Of a stretch of 64,000 nucleotides of DNA, positions 17,232 to 23,996 are shown one piece after another. A model generated the notes under the pieces. The model saw only the letters and a program-made list of their open reading frames with translations. It had not been told where the DNA came from and searched no databases. Each line of letters starts with the position of its first letter. Position 1 is the stretch's first letter. The stretch comes from Phycisphaerales bacterium (GTDB lineage Bacteria > Planctomycetota > Phycisphaerae > Phycisphaerales > UBA1924): positions 120 through 64,119 of the forward strand of contig DASPMT010000513.1 of NCBI GenBank assembly GCA_035626935.1. Direction: 5' to 3'. Made by a program: the position numbers and the translations under genes.

Positions 17232-18418
17232 CCCCCGCCGACCTCGCCGCGCTCGCCGATCGCTACCCGCACAACTTCCACACTTCCGGTTCCGGCTACT
17301 GTCGCCGACCCGGTTGCACACGGGGCGCGGGCGCCCGCAACAGTCTTGTGGGGGCAGGCGCTGTTTGCTGGCCCGCCGCCTACGCCGACGAGGTCCGCCG
17401 CCACGGCGAGGCGCTAGACGCGCTCGCGGCGGAGTGGACCGACCGGGCACCGGGGCCCGTCACCGGGGAGGCGTCGGGGGGCGCCGTCCCCGGACCCGTG
17501 AGGGCCTCCGGGCCAGCGGCTCCGGCCGCCATCCCGTCAGCGGGTGTCCCCGTGCAATCCGGGGAGCTGACCTCGACCGGCGGCGAGCCACCGCCGGAGC
17601 CCACCCCTGGCTCGGCGTGGGGCGGCGATGGGAGCCGTAACCGGGAGGCGAGGGGCGACCCGGACCGACCCGGACCCGTGGGGACCGTGGCGGCCGGGGC
17701 TTCGGGCCCCCGCCCTATCCCGAGTGACGCGGGCTGCCCGGATACCGCGCCACCCCAGGCGGCAGGGAGCAGGACCGGAGCGGATCCGGCGCCGCAGGGA
17801 GCCTCGGGGGGTTCTAGCCCCGAGGAGGGCGGCGAGGCCTCGGGGCGTGGCAGCCCCCTCCCGACCGACCGGTGCGCCTGCGGTCACCCGCGCTGGAACC
17901 ACCTCGATCGCGCTGGCGAGTGCGCCTGGGGATGGGGCCGCAGGTTCGGAGAGGATGATGACAACCCATGCGACTGTGAGGGCTTTGTGCTCGACAACTG
18001 CCCGCCCGTTGACCTCGCCGCCACCCGCGCCGAGCTCGCCATGGCCCGCACCGAGCTGTCCGCGCTCCGCGCGTGGCAGGGCGACATCGTCGATGCCCTC
18101 GGGCACGATGAGCGGCGCGAGGGAGAGAGCTGGCCGGAGGTGGCCCAGCGCCACCGCGACCGTCTGCGCGCGGCCAGCGACGAGCTCGTCGCCATCGACG
18201 GGGCCCTCGGCCTCGGCGGCGAGGGCCGTACGCGGTGGCAGGGGCAGCGGGTCGCGGAGATCCGCGGCCTGAAGGCTTCCGACCGCGACCGCACGCGGAT
18301 CCTCCTAGAGCTCGCCGACGCTCACGCCGAGGTCGCCAAGGCGCGCCGCGACCCCCTCGACCGCATCGCCACCGCGCTGGAGACGCTCGCCCGCGTGGCG
18401 CGTGGGGTGCGGCCGTGA
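17228..18418 (+). CDS. Hypothetical protein: Cys clusters, P/G/A linker, coiled coil (396 aa)
   Basis: ATGA overlap. CRRPGCTRG and CACGHPRWNH...CAWGW...PCDCEG clusters. C-terminal coiled coil shares a segment with CDS 11376..12731. Confidence 0.55.
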   Translation: MTPADLAALADRYPHNFHTSGSGYCRRPGCTRGAGARNSLVGAGAVCWPAAYADEVRRHGEALDALAAEWTDRAPGPVTGEASGGAVPGPVRASGPAAPAAIPSAGVPVQSGELTSTGGEPPPEPTPGSAWGGDGSRNREARGDPDRPGPVGTVAAGASGPRPIPSDAGCPDTAPPQAAGSRTGADPAPQGASGGSSPEEGGEASGRGSPLPTDRCACGHPRWNHLDRAGECAWGWGRRFGEDDDNPCDCEGFVLDNCPPVDLAATRAELAMARTELSALRAWQGDIVDALGHDERREGESWPEVAQRHRDRLRAASDELVAIDGALGLGGEGRTRWQGQRVAEIRGLKASDRDRTRILLELADAHAEVAKARRDPLDRIATALETLARVARGVRP

Positions 18419-18675
18419 GCCGCGTCGACGAGCTGAAGGAGCTGGAGGAGCTGCACCGCCAGAACCTGGCGCTGGCCAGCCTCCAGGCCGAGAACGAGCG
18501 GTTGCGCGGCGTCATCCAGCGCAACAAGGCGGCATTCAACGCGCTGAAGACCGATCGGGACGCGTGGCGCCAACGCGCTGAGGTGGCCGAGGCACGCCTG
18601 GACGAGGCGCGTCGGGCCGCCAGCGGAGGCACCGGCCTGGAATGGCTGGAGCGGGCGCTCAGGGGGAAACGATGA
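18415..18675 (+). CDS. Coiled-coil protein (86 aa)
   Basis: GTGA overlap. ELKELEELHRQNLALASLQAENERLRGVIQ heptad-like sequence. Confidence 0.55.
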   Translation: MSRVDELKELEELHRQNLALASLQAENERLRGVIQRNKAAFNALKTDRDAWRQRAEVAEARLDEARRAASGGTGLEWLERALRGKR

Positions 18676-19082
18676 CCGACCGCCCCACGCTTCACCTAAC
18701 GAACTGGGCGAGCAGGCGGCTCCACGGCCCAGGTCGCAAGCTCACGATCATGCGCCGCCCTCGCGCCTGGGAGCACGGCGACGGCCGCGTGGCCGCGCTC
18801 ATCCCTGGGCTGCGCGACCTCGCGGATGTCCAGGACGGGACGCTCGATCTCGACGGCTACATCGCGCGCTGTCGCGTGCATTTCAGCACGTTCCCTCTGC
18901 CGCCAGGCCAGCTTTGGACCACCGCTGGTGGCGGCACGCCCGTCGCTGACGGGGACACGCTCTGCTGCGCGTGCAGCCGAGCGAACGCCGCGCAGGGTGC
19001 GTGCCACCGCGTGGTGGCGGCAGAGCTGCTCGCGGCGGCCGGATGGCGTGTCCTCCTCGACGGCATGGAGGTGGAGCCATGA
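18672..19082 (+). CDS. Hypothetical protein (136 aa)
   Basis: ATGA overlap. GDTLCCACSRANAAQGACHRVVAAELL Cys/His cluster. Confidence 0.55.
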   Translation: MTDRPTLHLTNWASRRLHGPGRKLTIMRRPRAWEHGDGRVAALIPGLRDLADVQDGTLDLDGYIARCRVHFSTFPLPPGQLWTTAGGGTPVADGDTLCCACSRANAAQGACHRVVAAELLAAAGWRVLLDGMEVEP

Positions 19083-19240
19083 AGCTGCCCGATGGCCTTG
19101 GTGTGGCTGCTGCTGTCGTCCCCGTTGACGGCGGTGGCTGGGCTTTGGTGCTGGACTCGGGATTCGCGGTCGTCCTGTTCTTCTTCGGCTTGGTTTTCGT
19201 CCTGGCCATGAGCGATTTCGCTCGGAGGAACCGCGGATGA
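19079..19240 (+). CDS. Small membrane protein (53 aa)
   Basis: ATGA overlap. WALVLDSGFAVVLFFFGLVFVLAM hydrophobic helix. Confidence 0.45.
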   Translation: MKLPDGLGVAAAVVPVDGGGWALVLDSGFAVVLFFFGLVFVLAMSDFARRNRG

Positions 19241-19503
19241 GCCACGCGCCCAACATGCTCCACGGAGAGCCGGACGTCCGTGAGGACGAGTTCGGCGAAC
19301 TGCGGGTCCGCACCGGGCGTCGCCCGCCCGGGCCGGTGTACGCGTCGCCGCTGTGGCCGCCTCCCGGTCACACGGACGCGGCGCACCGAACGGAGTGCGG
19401 ACGCGACGGGCGTGGCTGCTGCTGCCCGCGAGACGTGATCCCGTTCCAGCCGCCGCGCCAGCGGCGCGCAGCGCTCGTGCACACCTCGCGGGGGATCCGA
19501 TGA
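19237..19503 (+). CDS. Hypothetical protein (88 aa)
   Basis: ATGA overlap. Last gene of the long + strand run. P/R/C-rich, so less certain. Confidence 0.4.
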   Translation: MSHAPNMLHGEPDVREDEFGELRVRTGRRPPGPVYASPLWPPPGHTDAAHRTECGRDGRGCCCPRDVIPFQPPRQRRAALVHTSRGIR

Positions 19504-19514
19504 TCCTTGCCTCG

Positions 19515-19724
19515 CTACGGAGCCTCCACCGATCCGCTTCCGGTGTCGTACTTCAGTTCGGGATGCCCGGGGATGGGGATCTTCCGGTTGGCAACCGCAA
19601 AGGCCAGGGCCGCGGCCCGGCCGAGGAGCCGCTCCCACTCGGCGTCGTCCACCGGGGGGTGACGCGTCGCGAGCGCGCAGGCGAGCTGCCACACCTGGTC
19701 AGTATCGAGACGGGTAGCGGGCAT
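19515..19724 (-). CDS. Small hypothetical protein (69 aa), divergent from the Mom-like gene
   Basis: Nearly every codon ends in G/C on this strand. Balanced composition (MPATRLDTDQVWQLACALATRHPPVDDAEWERLLG...). Confidence 0.55.
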   Translation of the reverse strand: MPATRLDTDQVWQLACALATRHPPVDDAEWERLLGRAAALAFAVANRKIPIPGHPELKYDTGSGSVEAP

Positions 19725-19813
19725 TGTTCACTCCGATGCGTCGCGAAGTTCAATGAGCCCGGCGGACGACGCGGCGCCGAACAGCGCGGATCTACCACAA
19801 AGGGTGCGCACTG

Positions 19814-20629
19814 ATGACGGAGCAGCCCTGCCAGCGCTGGCGCGCCGGGCGCGCGTCCTACCGCCCCGCCCGGGAGGTCGTGGATACGCGCAACCTCAGC
19901 GCCGACCTGCTCGACGAGCGCCCCGCCAAGAGCTTCGTCGTCGAGCACCACTACAGCCACACGTACCCGGCGGCGCGCCTGCGCGTCGGGCTGTACCAGG
20001 GTCGGGCCCTCGTCGGCGTCGCGGTGTTCGGCGAGCCCGCGCAGCAGGCCACCCTCGGACGCTGGGCACCCGGTGCGCGAGACGGTGTGGTGCTCTCGCG
20101 ATTCGTCCTCCTCGACGAGGTCGGCGCCAACGCGGAGACGTGGTTGCTCGCCCGCGCCTTCCGCCTCCTCCGGCGCGAGCGCCCCGAGCTCGAGGCCATC
20201 GTCAGCTACAGCGATCCGCTCCCGCGGCGAACGCTCGCCGGCGAGGTCGTGGTGCCGGGCCACGTGGGCACGATCTACCAGGCGCACAACGGGCGCTACC
20301 TCGGCCGCTCCAAGCCCGAGACCCTGCACCTCGCCGGCGATGGGCGCGTGATCAGCCGGCGCGCCCTCGGGAAGATCCGGCTCGACCACCGCGGCGCCGC
20401 GTACGCGTACCGCCAGCTGCTCGAGATGGGTGCGCCGCCCCGGCGGCCGCTCGAGGAGGGCCCCGCGTACGTGCTGCGCGCTCTGCGCGAGGGCCCCTTC
20501 CGGGTGGTGCGCCACCCGGGGAACCACGTCTACGCGTGGGCGCTTGGCGGAGAGGTGGAGATCGGACCCGAGCGGACGCGGCCCAAGCAGCGGGACCAGG
20601 AGCAGCCCGGGCTCTGGAGCGCAGCGTGA
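19814..20629 (+). CDS. GNAT-fold, Mom-like DNA-modification acyltransferase candidate
   Basis: FVVEHHYSHTYP, GRALVGVAVFGEP, VLLDEVGANAETW, IVSYSDP, GHVGTIYQAHNGRYLG. This pattern matches my recollection of the phage Mu Mom family. No search was run. Confidence 0.55.
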   Translation: MTEQPCQRWRAGRASYRPAREVVDTRNLSADLLDERPAKSFVVEHHYSHTYPAARLRVGLYQGRALVGVAVFGEPAQQATLGRWAPGARDGVVLSRFVLLDEVGANAETWLLARAFRLLRRERPELEAIVSYSDPLPRRTLAGEVVVPGHVGTIYQAHNGRYLGRSKPETLHLAGDGRVISRRALGKIRLDHRGAAYAYRQLLEMGAPPRRPLEEGPAYVLRALREGPFRVVRHPGNHVYAWALGGEVEIGPERTRPKQRDQEQPGLWSAA

Positions 20630-21477
20630 CCCCTCGCCCGCCATGCGCGTGGTGCCGCGGTCCGATCCCTGATCGGGCTCGCAGGGACAGCGTCTGCTGC
20701 TCGCAGCGGTGCAGGCAGGCGCGTCATCGGTTCGGCCGAGAGCGTGTCGAGCTCGAGCGCGCGTCGCACCCCCTGCGCGTCGCGTACGCGGACCCGCCCT
20801 ACCCCGGCCTGGCGCGCCGCTACTACGCGGACCACCCCGACTTCGCCGGCGAGGTGGACCACGCCGAGCTCGTGTCGCGCCTGCAGGCCTACGACGGGTG
20901 GGCGCTGTCGACGTCGGCCGAGGCGCTCCCGGCCGTCCTCCGGCTCTGCCCCGGCCACGTTGCCATCGCTGCATGGGTGCGAGGCGCCCGACACGTGCGC
21001 AGCCACAAGCCGCTTTCCTCGTGGGAGCCGGTCATCTACGTGGCCGCGCGCGGCCGGGGCTCGCGCGACGCGTCGCTGCTCGAGCGCGGTAACGGCTCCC
21101 GTACCGACGCGCTGGTGCACGTCTCTCGTCCGCGGCTCACCGACCCCCAGCGGGTGGTCGGCGCGAAGCCGGCGGCGTTCTGCTGGTGGCTCTTCAGCTT
21201 GCTGGGCGCGCTACCCGGTGACACCTTCGACGACCTCTTCCCTGGCTCGGGCGGGGTCAGTCGCGCCTGGGCGTTGCTGTCGTCCAGGGCCTCGGGCGAC
21301 GCGTCGCACGCCGGCGGGACCGACGCGTCACCAGCTGCTCGAGCAGACTCGTCGCCCTCGCCTCGAGGTCACGTCTCGGAGGACCTCGAACGACGCGTCG
21401 CCTCGAGCTCGGGCAGACGTCTCGCCTCCCTCGAGGCGACGTGTCGCGCCGAGCAGCTCTCGACGGAGCGCTCGTGA
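20626..21477 (+). CDS. N6-adenine (DPPY-type, beta-class) DNA methyltransferase-like protein with N-terminal zinc ribbon
   Basis: GTGA overlap with the Mom-like gene. CAWCRG...CCSQRC. Motif IV AYADPPYPG. Motif I DDLFPGSGGV near the C-terminus. The last ~60 codons are a DNA-repeat-laden tail and may not be a folded domain. Confidence 0.8.
   Translation: MTPRPPCAWCRGPIPDRARRDSVCCSQRCRQARHRFGRERVELERASHPLRVAYADPPYPGLARRYYADHPDFAGEVDHAELVSRLQAYDGWALSTSAEALPAVLRLCPGHVAIAAWVRGARHVRSHKPLSSWEPVIYVAARGRGSRDASLLERGNGSRTDALVHVSRPRLTDPQRVVGAKPAAFCWWLFSLLGALPGDTFDDLFPGSGGVSRAWALLSSRASGDASHAGGTDASPAARADSSPSPRGHVSEDLERRVASSSGRRLASLEATCRAEQLSTERS
21298..21332 (+). repeat. 35-nt repeat, copy A (gacgcgtcgcacgccggcgggaccgacgcgtcacc)
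   Basis: 34 of 35 nt match the reverse complement of 58032-58066. Confidence 0.85.
21392..21445. repeat. Inverted repeat GACGCGTCGCCTCGAG ... CTCGAGGCGACGTGTC
   Basis: 16-nt arms at 21392-21407 and 21430-21445 with 1 mismatch and a 22-nt spacer. Part of a wider cluster of the same motif between 21067 and 21445. Confidence 0.8.
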
Positions 21478-21770
21478 GCGCCGCGGACGCCGACCGCCTC
21501 GCCCTCGGCGCTGCAGCTGTGCTGCGCCCGAGCCGCGCCGCCGAGCTCCTCCCGTGGGACAGCGCCGAGGCGCTCCGCTGGCTGCGCACCCTGGGTCTCG
21601 TCCGCCGGGTCGTCGTGCCGGGTGAGTCGGACGCCGAGGGGCGCACCCTCGAGGTCGTCGTGTGGGGCGACGTGCTCGCCGCGCTCCGCGGTGAGCGGCA
21701 GCCCACCGCGCCCGCGACCGCTGGGCGCCGAAGCCGTGGTAGCGTTCCCTACGCCGATCCCGACAGGTAG
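21474..21770 (+). CDS. Excisionase-like small DNA-binding protein (98 aa), assignment tentative
   Basis: GTGA overlap. Lies immediately upstream of the integrase. VLRPSRAAELLPWDSAEALRWLRTLGLVRRV resembles the excisionase-type HTH layout. Confidence 0.4.
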   Translation: MSAADADRLALGAAAVLRPSRAAELLPWDSAEALRWLRTLGLVRRVVVPGESDAEGRTLEVVVWGDVLAALRGERQPTAPATAGRRSRGSVPYADPDR

Positions 21771-21782
21771 CCCGGAGCCCGG

Positions 21783-22946
21783 ATGCCACGGAAGAAGGCC
21801 AACGAGGCCGTCCAGCCCTGGACGGTGGGCGCTGTCCGCGTCCGCCGTGTGCGCGGCCCTCGCGCCGATGGTGACGTCTACTGGCGCGCCACGCTCAACG
21901 GTGAGCAGCTCTGGGCGGGGTGGGGGCGGCGTCAGGACCCCGCGCTCTCACGCGAGCTAGCCAAGCTCGCGGCGGAGCCTGCCTCGGAACCCGGCCCCGG
22001 TGGCCTCCCGGGCCCGCTGGTCCGGCATCTGCTCGGCGCGTGGAAGGCGCACCAGCAGGCACGCCGGCAGGCGGAGGAGATCTCCAAGCGCTCGCTCCAG
22101 ATCTACGAACAGGCCCTACGGTGGCTGTCGCGCGGGCTCGGCGACGTCCGAATCGACGCCCTCGATGGCACCGTCGTGCGCAGCTACCTGCGCGCCCGGC
22201 TCGACGGGCACATCCAGCTCCCCGACCGCGAACTTGGGAAAGGCAAGGGCGCGCGGAAGAGCTGGCACGCGTCGTCGCAGACGATGGCCAACGAGCTCGC
22301 GGTGCTCCGTTGGGTCTGGGCGTGGGGCCGGCTCAACGGGCATGCAGCCGCGGACCTAGACATCCCCAACGTCAAGGTCAAGGCGGTACGAGAGAAGTAC
22401 ACGCCAACGCGCGGCGAGATCCGCGCGGTGCTCGAGCAGCTCCGGCCGTGGCAGGTCCGGATGGTGATGCTTCTCGCAGCCACGGGCGCTCGTCGCAGCG
22501 AGATCGCCAACCTTCGTTGGCGTGACGTTGACGTCCCCCGCGGGGAGATCACCCTGCATAAGGCGAAGACCGGCCCCCGCGTGGTCCCGCTTACGATCGA
22601 CCTGGGCCCGCCCGGCGCGCCAGACGATCTCGTGCTCGGCGTCGCCATCACCACGGCGGAATCGATCTCGGACGACCTCGGCCAGGCGTGCGAGCGCGCG
22701 GGTGTGCGCCGCTGGACGCCTCACGCGCTGCGACGCCTGGCCCTCGACGAGCTGTACGAGAGCGGCGCCGACGTCGGCGTGGTCCGCGCGCTCCTTGGGC
22801 AGTCGGTCACGGTAGCGATCTCGCACTACCGCCAGCCGCGTCCGCAGTCCCTGCGTCGCGCAGTCGAGCGCGCGAGGCTAGGTGAGCTGCCCGCCGGGGA
22901 GGTCGTTCCCTTTCCCGTCACAGGTGGCCGTCACAGCGGCGAATAG
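21783..22946 (+). CDS. int: Tyrosine recombinase / phage integrase
   Basis: LLAATGARRSEIANLRWRDVD (Arg I), WTPHALRRLA (HxxR), LLGQSVTVAISHY (catalytic Tyr region). N-terminal SAM-like core-binding domain. Confidence 0.9.
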   Translation: MPRKKANEAVQPWTVGAVRVRRVRGPRADGDVYWRATLNGEQLWAGWGRRQDPALSRELAKLAAEPASEPGPGGLPGPLVRHLLGAWKAHQQARRQAEEISKRSLQIYEQALRWLSRGLGDVRIDALDGTVVRSYLRARLDGHIQLPDRELGKGKGARKSWHASSQTMANELAVLRWVWAWGRLNGHAAADLDIPNVKVKAVREKYTPTRGEIRAVLEQLRPWQVRMVMLLAATGARRSEIANLRWRDVDVPRGEITLHKAKTGPRVVPLTIDLGPPGAPDDLVLGVAITTAESISDDLGQACERAGVRRWTPHALRRLALDELYESGADVGVVRALLGQSVTVAISHYRQPRPQSLRRAVERARLGELPAGEVVPFPVTGGRHSGE

Positions 22947-23086
22947 TTGAGGTTCTAATGGCTCGCCAGTTCATCTACCAAATGCAGTAGGGTCCGGACG
23001 AACGCCAACAAACGCGCGACTGTGACGCGAAAGGCGCCTCCCGGGGCGGCATGAAGGTGCAGCCCGCGTCACAGTCGCCGTCACAG
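22916..23086. repeat. Five copies of CGTCACAG (four direct, one inverted) around the integrase stop codon
   Basis: Direct copies at 22916, 22929, 23067 and 23079, in pairs 12-13 nt apart. Inverted copy CTGTGACG at 23020. They flank a lower-GC stretch. Confidence 0.8.
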
Positions 23087-23351
23087 TCTCCAGAGCGTCA
23101 AGCGCGTAGTCCTCGCGGGCGGGGAACGGCGCCGGGTGGGCGCAGCCCCTCGCGCGGCGACCCGGTGCACTGCCTCGAGGCCTGGCGCTCCCCCCGAGAT
23201 CTGGGGGGTCCGTTCTCGCCATCACCAATGATCTTCGGAAGAGCCCATTAGTACCGCTGGAATGGAAGGCCGCGCGCAATCTAGCCTCCGCGGCTGAGAA
23301 GGATCGGTTAACTTCCAGCCCGAGTATTGGAACTGCCCCGAGGACGCGAGC

Positions 23352-23951
23352 ATGAAGTTCAAGGTGAAGGACACGGCCGTCCCCTTCTGGCGCTTCGTCC
23401 AGGCGGTGGTACGGAAGGCCCGACCGAAACGAGAGCCCGGCCAGTCGCTTTGCTGGAACCGCCTGGAGTGGCGCATTCGAATCATGCGCTTCCTCCGGCG
23501 AGGCGAGAGGACGAGCCGCGACTACGTCGTGGTTACCGAGGGTCTCTCCGAGTTTCTCGTTCACGGCAATCAGGCCTACCGCCTGATGTTCTTACACGCG
23601 AGCCCCGGCTCACTCCACGCCTCGGAGACCGCCCGGCTCCAGACGAACCAGCACGCCTGGTTGAGCCCCGGTGCAGCCCAGAGGGCCATGTTCGCGCCTG
23701 ACCCGCCCCCGCTCGGGTCCGAGGAGTTCCCCATCCCGCTGGGGGTGTGCCCCGACGGCAACCTCTACGTTGGCCTTCCCGACTTCATCACGGAACGTGG
23801 CGTTGGGTTTGGAATGTCGACAGCCGTGCGCGTCGATCTCCTGCCCAGGACGATCACACCCGAGGCTCTTGCCCCAGCGCCCGACGAGCAGGTGCCGCCG
23901 TTGCTCGTGCCCAAGGTGATCAAGAACAGGAAGAAGAAGACGGGCCCCTAG
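23352..23951 (+). CDS. Hypothetical protein (199 aa), lower-GC cargo gene
   Basis: ORF track entry with a diverse, non-R/A/P-biased composition (MKFKVKDTAVPFWRFVQAVV...). Lysine-rich C-terminus KNRKKKTGP. GAGGA RBS. Confidence 0.6.
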   Translation: MKFKVKDTAVPFWRFVQAVVRKARPKREPGQSLCWNRLEWRIRIMRFLRRGERTSRDYVVVTEGLSEFLVHGNQAYRLMFLHASPGSLHASETARLQTNQHAWLSPGAAQRAMFAPDPPPLGSEEFPIPLGVCPDGNLYVGLPDFITERGVGFGMSTAVRVDLLPRTITPEALAPAPDEQVPPLLVPKVIKNRKKKTGP

Positions 23952-23996
23952 ACCGGGCGCGTACGCATCGGTTAAGTTTGGGCCCGTGCGTGAGCC

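Noticed and set aside
21067-21477. Possibility that the GACGCGTC/CTCGAG repeat cluster is a CRISPR array
   Set aside because: The repeats are only 16 nt, irregularly spaced, present in both orientations and degenerate. There are no cas genes in the window.
22947-23351. tRNA or tmRNA gene at the integrase-proximal gap (a usual attB/attP context)
   Set aside because: Reading both strands I could not fold a cloverleaf and found no T-loop (GGTTCGAATCC-like) consensus. tRNAscan-type software should confirm this.
22971-23564. 197-aa minus-strand ORF spanning the candidate attP region and the start of the 199-aa cargo gene
   Set aside because: Its C-terminal half is R/P/A-rich. It overlaps the better-supported + strand gene 23352..23951 by about 200 nt and has no RBS. 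The region is better explained as non-coding repeats plus the + strand gene.
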